A stretch of DNA of 20,000 nt, taken from NCBI RefSeq assembly GCF_004010195.1, contig NC_057752.1, positions 2,168,057 to 2,188,056 of the forward strand, in the 5' to 3' direction. The first letter of the stretch is position 1. Each line of letters starts with the position of its first letter. A program made the translations under genes and the position numbers. This document shows positions 10,330 through 20,000 of the stretch, in pieces. The stretch comes from Chiloscyllium plagiosum (taxonomy: Eukaryota). Below the pieces are notes generated by a model. That model saw nothing but the letters and a program-made list of their open reading frames with translations, searched no databases and was not told where the DNA came from.

Positions 10330-10471
10330 CCAATGTCCTGAAGGGTATATGTGTATGAAGGCAGGAAGAAATCCTAACTATGGGTACACCAGTTTCGACA
10401 CGTTTGGTTGGGCTTTTCTAGCCTTGTTTCGACTCATGACGCAGGATTTCTGGGAAAATTTGTACCAGCTA
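10330..10471 (+). CDS. scn8a: Nav alpha subunit internal exon, domain I pore loop ([47 protein letters not shown])
   Basis: Acceptor catttctttcag| ends at 10329 and donor |gtaagt starts at 10472, giving 142 nt (conserved size). Contains the DEKA selectivity-filter Asp (GAT, 10445-10447). Lies within ORF 10307..10585. Confidence 0.96.
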
Positions 10472-10622
10472 GTAAGTGACAAGGCATTTTATCCTTGTGT
10501 GTTTGTATGTTATTTAATTTGCTCATTTTCATACACAATCAGTATACAAGCTTGTTGTGTGAACAGTTACAATCACTGGCAATAGATTCTAACCCAGTCG
10601 ATCAAACAATCTAAACCTTTTT

Positions 10623-10948
10623 CATAGAATCCTTCAGTGTCGAAAGAGGCCATTCAGACCATCAAGTCCACCCCGACCTTCCAAACAGCATCCCACCCAG
10701 ACCCTCCCCTATCCCTGAAACCCCACATTTCCCATGGCTAATCCACCTAACCTACACATCCCTGGACACTATGGGCAATTAATCATGGCCAATCCACCTA
10801 ATCTGCACATCTTTGGACTGTAGGAGGAAACCAGAGCACCTGGATATGGGAGAATGTGCAAACTCCACACAGACTGACAGTCACCTGAGGCTAGAATCGT
10901 ACCCGGGTCCCTGGCGCTGTGAGGCAACAGTGCTAACCACTGAGCCAC
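10623..10948 (-). mobile_element. HE1-like V-SINE, near full length
   Basis: The minus strand has A box tggctcagtggttag, B box gggtacgattc, the V-domain, an internal duplicated segment (catggc.aatccacctaa) and a CR1-like tail. Confidence 0.88.
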
Positions 10949-11089
10949 AATTTTGTGCAGGGAGTTTATTGCCCGTGCCAGTCCAACAGTCACACTTGTT
11001 CCTCCCTCCTTTATCAATAATTCCTAACTAACCTGTTCAGAGATTTTATTGTACATCTTTGTAGCAGTTGGGAGTCGAACCCAGGCTTC

Positions 11090-11436
11090 AGCCTCTTATT
11101 CTGAGACTGTGTCCCCCTCTCCACTGTGTTCCTGATTCCTCAGACAGGGGAAACAATCTCTCAGTATTGACCCTGTCAGGACCCTTTAGAATCATGTCTG
11201 TTTCAATAAGTTTCCCTCTCAATCTTCTAAACTAAAGAGGATATCACCCCAGTTTACTCAGCATTTCATCCCAGGGATCAGTCTCATGAACCTTCACTAT
11301 ACCACCTCCATTGCAAGTGCATCCTTCTTTAAATACAGGCGAAAATTGCTCACATTACTCCAAATGTGGTGTCATTATTATTGAGGCAAGGCTTCCCATC
11401 TCCAGTTACCTTGCAATAAAGGCTGACATGCCATTT
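11090..11436 (-). mobile_element. Decayed CR1-type LINE fragment
   Basis: Typical CR1 3' motifs on the reverse strand: aggggaaacaatctc, ccctgtcaggaccctttagaatc, tttcaataag...cttctaaact, caataaaggctgacatgccattt. Confidence 0.65.
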
Positions 11437-11974
11437 CATGTAGTTTCAGTAGTTGCTAAGTTCATTTTAAAAGCACACATTTGAGATGTTGGTATATTTT
11501 ATAAACCTTATAGACATGTGGGAAATTGTTTACTGCATCCAACAGCAATTTGAACTTTTACAGTATCTTTCATATAGAACACTGTCCAAAGCTCTTCATA
11601 AAGATATTGTCAAAAAGTAGAAGGAATGAGAATTTAGGAGCAATGGTGGTCAGAGATTTCATTTTAAGGAGAATCACTTGAAAGGACTGGGAGGTGTTTG
11701 GTGATGGAAGAACTTAGGGGAGAAATTTCAAGAGCATAATGTCGAGGTAGCTAAAGTATGCGCAGCAGTGTTAGACAGAAACAATAGGAAATCCCACAGA
11801 GATTTTTTTTAAAAATCCGGAAGAGCTTTCACCAGAGGTAAATATTCAGAAGAAAATGGCATCAAAGTACAATAATAGAATGAAGAGCAAAGAAGCAGAT
11901 ATCTGGGCTCTGGTGGATTTTTGGGTCCTGGTGGTTTTCTGGGGCCTTTTCTTTAAACCGTAGTATTCGCAAGA

Positions 11975-12070
11975 TACTATCTACAATGTCCCAAATATCT
12001 TTGGAAACAGGAATTCTGCCAAAGGATTGGAAGGCAGCAGATGGTTCACTCCTGTTCAAAAGAGGTGAAA
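11975..12070 (+). mobile_element. Short CR1 RT N-terminal fragment
   Basis: Encodes SLETGILPKDWKAADGSLLFKRG, resembling the CR1 motif S...G.VP.DW..ANV.PLFKKG. Confidence 0.6.
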
Positions 12071-12530
12071 GGGTTCAAGCATGAGATTCACAGATAGTCT
12101 TGTCCCAATTGTGAATCAACGTTTAGATCCCCAGTGAGGTGTGGGGGGTGGTGGTGGTGGTGTAGGTACAGGTTGTGTTTGGCTAATTTTATTGTATGTT
12201 GGACAGGGCATTTGTTAAATAAATGCAGTTGTTGTGTATATATTAAATTCCAGGAAATAATTGACCAAATGCCAAGGAAGACACTCAGTATAAAGATGAG
12301 GCGTATGGTTATAAGGAGAAGATATAGCCTCATGGATAGAGTGATATCTGGGGGTAGATAGCACGGAGTACATCTTTTTTTCTAATTGGTAGAAAGATCT
12401 GAATTGGAATCTCTCATATCTTCTCATTAGGTATATGATTTAGACATAGCCAGACAAAGAATTACAGCAAAATTTAAATTTTCAAATCAAGCCCGCACTC
12501 TTGACTTATTTTGAACCAGACAGTAGTGAT

Positions 12531-12756
12531 TGTAACAGGTCAGCCAGGTGGACCTCATAGAATGTGAGTTCCCTGATTGGGGCCGTTAACCTGATTTAAT
12601 TAGGGAGCCCTGGCTGACAGATATAAACAGGAATGTCAGAGGTTCTGTTCACTCTGAGAGCTGCCTCTGAGGGAGCTGGATCAGAGTCAAGGACTCTCCA
12701 CGTATAAATAAGGGGAGACTTAATGACAGGATACTGGCCTCTGTGGAGTTATTTCA
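12531..12756 (+). mobile_element. Putative solo LTR (~226 bp, Gypsy-like)
   Basis: TGTAAC...GTTATTTCA termini (TG..CA, imperfect inverted ends), attgg (reverse CCAAT), TATA-like atataaa at 12621 and a polyA-like taaataag near 12705. No clean TSD is seen. Confidence 0.6.
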
Positions 12757-12772
12757 CACATTGTAGCCATTT

Positions 12773-13358
12773 AGAGTACAAGAGCAGGGAGGTGATGTTG
12801 AACTTGTACAAGACCCTTGTTAGACCTCAGCTGGAGGGTTGTGTCCAGTTGTGGGCCCCTCACTGTAGGAAAGATGTGAACACATTGGAGAGAGAGGGCA
12901 GAAGGGATTTACCAGAATGGTTCCAGGGATGACAAACTTCAGTGAGGAGGAGAGATTGAAGACATTGGGACTGTTCTCCTTGGAGAGAAGAAGGCTGAGA
13001 GGGAGATCTGAGAGAGGGTTCCAACATCATGGGGGAGGGGCTGGACAGAATAGATCGGGACAAGCTGTTCCCACATGGAAAAGGAACAGGAATGAGAGGG
13101 ACAGAGATTGAAAGGAATGAGGTGAAGGGGAGGTGAGGCGAGTAGTTAGGGTCTGGAATGTACTACCTGGGAATGTGGGGGAGGCAGTTCCATTGAGGCA
13201 TTCAAGAGGGACATTGGATGGTTATTTGGCTAAAAATGATTTGCAAGGGCACAGGGGAAAGGCAGGGGATTGGCACGAGGGAACGATGCTCACTTGATGA
13301 GCTGGTGCAGCACAATGGGATAAATGGCATCATTCTGCACTGTAATAATTCTGTGATC
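12773..13358 (+). mobile_element. CR1-type LINE 3' fragment
   Basis: EYKSREVMLNLYKTLVRPQLEGCVQLWAPHCRKDV and EERLKTLGLFSLERRRLRG, ending in tail aatggc...ctgcactgtaataattctgtga. Confidence 0.9.
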
Positions 13359-14007
13359 TAATTGACTCACTTAAATTGCCCCTCATGGAACTAATACCCT
13401 AACAAAAAGCCAAGATATTCAGGAGATTATACAGAAGGTAGAAAATTGAGAAGAAAGATGCTTTTTTCAGGGTTGGTTGGTGGAGGGAATAAAACTTGCA
13501 TACTAACTTGATTTGCCCTTCTAAAATGCAACAGAATTGTTCATTTTTTGGCACTTAGCAACTTATGAGTAACATCCATAGGCTAACTGTGTCTAAAATA
13601 GCAGTTCCGTTCCTGGCAGTTGTCCTGACTCCAATCTGCTCCTGCTGCACAATATCAACCTGCTGTTCCTCTCCTTACCTGGCTCAAGGCCAGCAGCAGA
13701 GTCTGTGTGCAAACAGACCTGGATAACTGGAAACAGTCAGAAAAGAACTACAGAGAAGTGAAAACACAGGAAAGACAGTTTCGCGATCCATTGGAGAAAA
13801 TGGTGATTTAAACACACATAGCTGACAACGATTTACCTGCAATTTGCAAGATTCTATAATTGGTCTATTCATTGGTCAGATTGACCAACAATGGCACAGG
13901 ACAACTGAAGGGCAATATTAATTCAATAATCAGAGCAGAATCTTAGAGTGCAGGGAAACTGTGTGTGCTTTGTGTGTAATATATGATGAATAGGTTTCCG
14001 TATTGTA

Positions 14008-14260
14008 AGAACATAAGAAATAGGAGCAGGAGTAGACCTTTTGACCCCTCAAGCCTCTTATACTATAATGTATAGGAACAGAATTAGGCCATTTGGCCTA
14101 CCAAGTCTGTTTTGCCATTTGGTCATGGCTGATATAATTGCTCTTCTGCAATTCAGTGCAATTATGGATGATCTGATTGTAAATTTAACTTCACTTTCCT
14201 GCCCTCCAGAATTATTGATTCCATTGTGAATCAAAAATCTGTCTATCTCCACCTTGATGT
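14008..14260 (-). mobile_element. CR1-type LINE 3' end fragment(s)
   Basis: agaacataagaaataggagcaggagtagacc and ataggaacagaattaggccatttggcc tails. The minus strand encodes KVEIDRFLIHNGI. Confidence 0.7.
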
Positions 14261-14705
14261 TTTGCGACATATGAAACATGACACAGACAAGCTTTTCCCA
14301 AAATGGTTGAAGAAAAAGCTATTTAGCCCAAAGGGTCTGTTCCTATCCCATCTCGGGTAAATGTACCATAACGCGGGTCTATTTAATTTTCAGAGGAAAA
14401 ATTTCAGTTTAACTATTTCCTGATTCCAAAGGCATTTGAGAAAAACTGCAGGATATTCATCTACCAACACGCTTCCACTATTCATAGTTGACACCCTTAC
14501 ACAGAATTCCAGTTGCATGGAGCATTTGAGAGCCTCGGTCTTTACATACCCCTTATAACCTCCAGTTCTATTGCCACCCAAATATCTGTCCCACCACTTC
14601 TCGGAGGAAGTGAGACCATAAGACATAAGAACAGAAGTAGACCATTCAGCCCATTGAGTCTGCTCCGCCATTCAATGAGATCGTGGCTGATCTGATAATC
14701 CTCAA

Positions 14706-15278
14706 AGCTGAAAATGTGTTGCTGGAAAAGCGCAGCAGGTCAGGCAGCATCCAAGGAGCAGGAGAATCGACGTTTCGGGCATGAGCCCTTCTTCAGGAAT
14801 GAGGAAAGTGTCTTCCATCTGGGTTGTACGGTATTGGAACTGGTCCTCTTGGAAGCAGATGCGGCGGAAACGAAGGAATTGGGAATATGGGATGGCATTT
14901 TTACAGGAGGCAGGGTGGGAGGAGATGTAGTCTACGTAGCGGTCGGTTTATAGTAAATGTCCGTGTTGATTCGGTCGCCCGAGATAGAAATGGAGAGGTC
15001 TAGGAAGGGGAGGGAGGAGTCTGAGATGGTCCAGGTAAATTTGAGGTCGGGGTGGAAGGTGTTGGTAAAGTGGATGAACTGTTCAACCTCCTCGTGGGAG
15101 CACGAGGCAGCGCCGATACAGTCATCGATGTAGTGGAAGAAAAGATGGGGGGTGGTGCCAGTGTAGCTGTGGAAGATGGACTGTTCCACATATCCTATGA
15201 AGAAGCAGGCATAGCTGGGGCCCATGCGGGTGCCCATGGCTACTCTGATCTCCAGCATCTGTAGTCCTCACTTCCTCC
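14706..15278 (-). mobile_element. Penelope-like element: truncated RT plus hammerhead-bearing terminal repeat, 14-bp TSD
   Basis: Minus-strand VAMGTRMGPSYACFF...FFHYIDD...FHPDLKFT...LPFLDL...YYKPT and DYISSHPASCKNAIPYSQFLRFRRIC are PLE RT motifs. TSD ctgataatcctcaa at 14692-14705 and 15279-15292. Confidence 0.92.
14764..14800 (-). ncRNA. Minimal type I hammerhead ribozyme motif (PLE-associated), intact core
   Basis: The minus strand reads auuc-CUGAAGA-a-GGGC-ucau-GCCC-GAAAC-GUC-gauuc. It has the CUGANGA core, a 4-bp helix II, GAAA, palindromic ACGU in place of helix III and a GUC cleavage triplet. Helix I is weak. Confidence 0.65.
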
Positions 15279-16049
15279 CTGATAATCCTCAACCCCACTT
15301 TCCTGCCTTTACTCCATAACCCTTGATTCCCTTCCTGATTAAAACTCTGTCTGTCTCAGCCTTGAATATACTGAATGACCCAGCATCTACAACCTTCTGT
15401 GGTAAAGAATTTCACAGATTCACTCCCCTCTGTAAGAAGAAATTCATCTTCATTTCTGTCTTAAATGCAAAACTCCTTATTCTGAGATGTTGCCCTATGG
15501 TCCTAGACTCTCCCACTCTCCTGTTTCTCCGCTGCCAAGTCCTCTAAGAATCTTGTGTGTTTCAATAAGGTTGCCTCTCATTCTTCTAACCTCCAGTGAG
15601 TACAGGTCCAACCTACTCAACCTTTTCAACCTTTTCTCATAAGAGAGTCCCTCCATACCCAATGTCAGCTGAGCAGATAAGGGGCCCAAAACTGTTTGCA
15701 ATATTCTAGATATGTGTATAAATGCATGTACCAATTTTAAAGAAGGATTAACCCAATTAATTTGAATAATTGAACACACATTTTAACTAAAGTGTAACAA
15801 AGTGTTCAAGAGATTGCTATATAGTTGGTGTCAGCAGTATATTGTGTTATTAACTATGGAGTGTTGATAAACTTGCAAAACCATGTCACGGGTTCACAGT
15901 CTCGGGTGCTTGGCCTGTTGTTTCATGTGATGGGAACTCATTGCAAAACCGTCTATCTCCGATCTATTTACTCTCCAGCAAATGAATTTTCAAAATTGCT
16001 TCTCTGGTTCCAACTTATCTGGGGACATGCTTTGTGCATTCATATTGTA

Positions 16050-16352
16050 CCAATTTCAGAGCTTCGACTCAGCTGACATTGCAGTGCAGTACTGAGGGAG
16101 AGCAGAATTTTCTAAGATGCTGCCCTACAGATGAAATGTTAAGCCAAGGTCATGTCTGTTCACATGGGTATGAGGGATCCCTTGGCAATATTTGAAGAAA
16201 GTTTTCCCAATATCTTAGCAAAGTTCTTTCCTCAACCAACACTGTCAAAATATTTGTAAGAACAGTAGCGACATTTGCCCATATGAATATCCACTGACTA
16301 TGAAGTGCTTTGAACTGTTTTTGAGATATAGTAAGGTCTCTATAAAAATGCC
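16050..16352 (+). mobile_element. Decayed DeuSINE (SacSINE1/AmnSINE1-like Deu domain)
   Basis: gcagtgcagtactgagggag...gatgaaatgttaagccaagg...gatcccttggcaatatttgaagaa...cctcaaccaac resembles the recalled Deu-domain consensus. L2-like tail gaagtgcttt...ctataaaaatgc. Confidence 0.6.
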
Positions 16353-16394
16353 ACAAACAGTGAGAGGTTTTATAACTGATATATGAGGTAGGAG

Positions 16395-16732
16395 AAGAGA
16401 AAGGCAGAGATTTGATAGACAATTACAAGGGGACTAGGCAGAGTAGATGGAGAGAAACCATTCCCATTGACTGAAGGGAAACCAGGGGGCACCGATTTAA
16501 AATGATTGGCAAAAGAGGAGTTGCCAACATGGAGAAAAACCCATTCACTTGGGGAAATGGTTGGGATCTGGAATGCCTTGCCTGAGGGTGTGGTGGAAGC
16601 AGATTGGATCACTGTTGTCAAAAGAGAATTGGATAAACAACTGAAAAGAATAGAATGTGGAATATGGAAGCATGAGCACAATGGAATGAGTGACCAGCCT
16701 CATGTGATACAACCATCCTATGAATCTATAAT
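16395..16732 (+). mobile_element. Decayed CR1-type LINE 3' end
   Basis: MVGIWNALPEGVVEADWITVVKRELDKQLK is the CR1 ORF2 C-terminus, followed by tail cctatgaatctata. Confidence 0.8.
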
Positions 16733-16781
16733 AAGCTGATAGATGGGTGTCACTGTACCCATGTTTGATTATTGAAAGTGA

Positions 16782-17102
<321 letters not shown>

Positions 17103-17779
17103 TAAAATAAGAAATAATCATTCTGTTGGTATCCATAGCAACATTGTCAACATTGTTTTCCAATTAGATCACAAGATCGCCTTGATTGCTGCCTTCTATT
17201 TCTCTATACAGGCACACACACACTCACTGTTTATGGAGGATCTGTGTTGCCCTGAGAGATTTCTTATAACTCATTTTTAGACAGGAACCAGCATCTGCCA
17301 TATTGTTTCAGTGGGACAACTTAATTGACAGTGAAGATTTTGTTTCAGTCCAGTCAATTGAAAAAGACAAAAACATGGAGGGAAGGGGAATATATGTTGA
17401 TTTTCAAAGCTTCTTTTAAAAACTTGAGATGAATCGAAGACTTTGATATAAGACATTTGTTAAATCATAATTGACCTTCTGCTACTATTTATTATAGAGG
17501 TTGAATTTCCCCTTGTCAGTAATGTTACTGAAGAACCTGGCTGCCCTTCTTGATTTTGCAACCCTGCACTCAATTTTCACAAAGGCCATAGATAGTCTGA
17601 ATGGGAGAGCAAAACTCCAGAATTTGGCCTGCATTTTGGGTAGGTGTCAAGACAAATCGCAGTGTTTTCTTTATGAAAAGAAGGTCAGGACTGGGGATGG
17701 GCTCTCCATGGCCATGTTTGCAACCTGGAAAGCTAGTGTTTAGGTACAAAAGATTAAAAGGGCTTCTGTCTCATGTAGA

Positions 17780-17950
17780 GCAAGTGAGATGCTTCAGTAA
17801 TACAAAGCCTCAGTCATGTCCTATGTGGAGCACTGCACTCAGTTTTGGATATTATACCTCAGGAAGGATATGTCGAATATGAATGGTGGAAATGCAGATT
17901 TAACAGCCTGACACCAAGGTTTAACAAATTAAGTTATAATAACAGGTTTG
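17780..17950 (+). mobile_element. Highly decayed CR1 RT C-terminal fragment
   Basis: tacaaagcctcagtcatgtcctatgtggagcactgcactcagttttgg...ctcaggaaggatatg resembles [23 protein letters not shown]. Confidence 0.5.
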
Positions 17951-18409
17951 GTATGAGATTGAATGATGAAACGATAGGTAGATGGAATTGAAATTAGTCT
18001 AATGGGAATCAAGTTTTTTTGGACAAATTGATCAGCATTGGGCTGGCATACTATGCATTAATAGCAAGAAAATAGGCAAAAAATCTCTTCAAAGACCTGA
18101 CTGTAGACCATCTGCTTTAAAACCCTAATTAGCATGCAGTTGGTTCTAACATTTCACATTCTAATATACTCTTCGTTTCCCGCTCATAACATTCGAAATT
18201 TCTAATTTGAAATTGTAAAATTAATGAGTCATTACATTCTTAAAAGGCACAAATAAGCTGTAACTAAGTTTATGAAAACTTAAGCCTGGTTAAAATTTTG
18301 TATGAACAGTTTAGCCCAATTGTTTGACCCAATTTCTCCAAAACATTGCCAAACTATTTTGGAAATCAGTAGTTGAAGCTGTTGGGTCACTGTATCATGA
18401 ATCTGCAGG

Positions 18410-18472
18410 AGGAGGTTTGAGGGGACAAATGGCTATCTTCTGCTTCTATTTCCTCTGTTTCTATTTCCTATG
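18410..18472 (+). mobile_element. CR1-type 3' tail remnant
   Basis: ggtttgaggggacaaatggctatcttctgcttctatttcctctgtttctatttcctatg. Confidence 0.55.
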
Positions 18473-18939
18473 ATATTTTTCCTAGCATATTAAATTCTTT
18501 GTATCAGTATTTAGAGCATCTTGCAATGGCAATTGCATTTCCAGGATCAAAGCTTTTAACTCCTGAGGACTTCATGTCATTTCAATGTTTTTGTTCTTGG
18601 CTGAACCAATACAACTTGTTTATCAACTTCCCTCAAATTTTCAGTTCCCAATGTTTTGGCTGCGTAGCTCTGTATCTTGCTACATTAACTGTTTTTAAGG
18701 TTGGGTGAATGACCTTTGTTTCTTGGGCACTTGTGGATCACAATATTGTGAATTAGGGTTCATGACTATCTTCTGAATTCTATTAATTTTAATTGATTAG
18801 TCAAACTTCTCCAAATGCTCTGGCCTCTAAAATAGTTAACTATTTCGTATCAATAGAAGTAGATAGTTTTGAGTCCAGCAGAACGTTTAATACATTAGTC
18901 CCTCAAGAAACAACCCATTTCAACATTCTCCACAAGACA

Positions 18940-19040
18940 GAAAATATAAAAGCAAGTGGCTGCAGATGCTGAAAATACTCAGCAGCTTGAGTAGCATCTG
19001 TGGAGAGAAAAAGCAAGCGTTCAAATTTTCTGTCAGAAGC
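18940..19040 (-). mobile_element. Old, decayed PLE-type terminal repeat
   Basis: tgcagatgctgaaaatactcagcagcttgagtagcatctgtggagagaaa resembles the gctggaaaagcgcagcaggtcaggcagcatc family seen at 14721. Confidence 0.5.
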
Positions 19041-19409
19041 ATCTGTACTGTCAGGGAAGGGTTGACATGAAAAATGAGTCAGTTTGGCAGAATATTACTT
19101 TGGCATCAACTAATGAAAGTTCTGTCCCAAAATTTGATCTTCTCTGAAGTGAATTCTAATCTCTTTAAAGCTTAAGGAATAACTCTGGGACACAAAAACT
19201 GTAGTCATTATGAACTGTACAAGTCGAAGGATTAGGCGTCATTGTTCTTGAGTGGGTAGTTGAACCATTGAAATCTTAGCCACATAAAAGGCCTTTATTT
19301 TTCTCTACTGACATTTTAGTCTTGCCTCACAATCTATTTCATGGTCTTCCTTATTTTGACTGTGCATTAGTGAAATTAGGAATCGTATTAGATCCAAGGG
19401 AGGACCATC

Positions 19410-19945
19410 CGAATTGGCCAAAAAAAGACCAGCAGGCCTGAGGATTGGGAGCAGTTTAGATTTCAGCAAAGGAGGACAAAGGGGTTGATTAAGAGAGGAT
19501 GAATAGAGTATGACAGAAAGGTTGTAGGGAACACACAAACTGATTGGAAAAGCTTCTATAGGTATGTGACGAGAAACCGATTAGTGAAGGTGGTGATCCC
19601 TTGCAGCCAGAAACAGGGGAAGTTATAATGGGGAACCAAGAGATGGCAGACCAATTAAATACATTTTTTGGTTCTGCCTTCACAAAGGCGAACACAAATA
19701 ACATGTCAGAAACGTTGGGGAACACCAGAGTCTAGTGACAGGGAGGAATTGAAGGAAATCAGTATTAGTAGAGAAATGGTGTTTGGGGAAATTGATGGGA
19801 CTAAAGGCAGATAAATCCCCAGGGCCTGATAATCTACAGCCCAGAGTGCAATAGGAAGCTGCCCTAGAAATAGTGCAGGCATAGGTAGTCATCGTTCAGG
19901 ATTCAGTAGACTCTGAACAGTTCCTATAGATTGGAAGGAATCTAA
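19410..19945 (+). mobile_element. CR1-type LINE ORF2 internal fragment (EN-RT linker), frameshifted
   Basis: Encodes PEDWEQFRFQQRRTKGLI, EMADQLNTFFGSAFTK, LMGLKADKSPGPDNLQPRV and SVDSEQVPIDWK. Confidence 0.88.
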
Positions 19946-19950
19946 TCTAA

Positions 19951-20000
19951 GTTGAAACTTTATTGCTGGAACAGCACAGCAGGTCAGGCAGCATCCAGGG
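19951..20000 (-). mobile_element. PLE terminal repeat inserted in the CR1 fragment (truncated by window end)
   Basis: ttgctggaacagcacagcaggtcaggcagcatcca is nearly identical to 14719-14753. Confidence 0.75.

Larger units (their letters stand above)
14614..15700 (-). mobile_element. CR1-type LINE 3' fragment split by the PLE insertion at 14706-15278
   Basis: Tail accataagacataagaacagaagtagaccattcagccc (14614-14705) resumes at 15279 with ctgataatcctcaaccccactt. Minus-strand GLSYEKRL...LYSLEVRRMRGNLIETHKILRGL. Confidence 0.85.

Noticed and set aside
10307..10585. ORF 10307..10585 and ORF 16788..17105 as standalone small proteins
   Set aside because: Only the splice-site-bounded cores match Nav channels. 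The extensions are intronic read-through.
10880..10948. tRNA gene
   Set aside because: The A and B boxes belong to the tRNA-derived head of the V-SINE, and no complete cloverleaf is evident.
13860..13890. Small inverted repeat ttggtca-gat-tgaccaa with clustered CCAAT-like motifs
   Set aside because: A 7-bp stem is expected by chance in 20 kb, and there is no independent support for a regulatory role.
14932..15258. RT ORF as a retron, group II intron or telomerase gene
   Set aside because: The motifs (AMG..MGPSYA, YIDD, LPFLD, YKPT, HP...K.AIPYSQFLR) are PLE-type, and the fragment is truncated, frameshifted and TSD-bounded.

Overview
Eukaryotic (vertebrate) genomic DNA. The repeat content (HE1-type V-SINEs, DeuSINE, CR1 LINEs, Penelope-like elements) points to a cartilaginous fish, probably a shark; this is an inference. 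The window is an internal part of a voltage-gated sodium channel alpha-subunit gene on the + strand, best matching scn8a/Nav1.6. Three phase-compatible exons (4120-4183, 10330-10471, 16833-17039; 64, 142 and 207 nt) encode the domain I extracellular turret, the P-loop with the selectivity-filter Asp, and IS6 plus the start of the I-II linker. The rest is intron. It contains many CR1-type LINE fragments, SINEs, a solo LTR and a 42-bp minisatellite of about 27 copies inside an unexplained GC-richer block. The most notable signal is a set of short Penelope-like insertions with target-site duplications that carry minimal hammerhead-ribozyme motifs. These include an 85-bp-arm palindrome with a hammerhead motif on each strand and an inverted RT-bearing copy with an intact catalytic core. 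Hammerheads in Penelope-like elements are a known phenomenon, so no wholly new system is claimed. Almost all ORFs in the supplied track are repeat-derived or spurious. Repeat family names come from recalled consensus sequences, not database searches.
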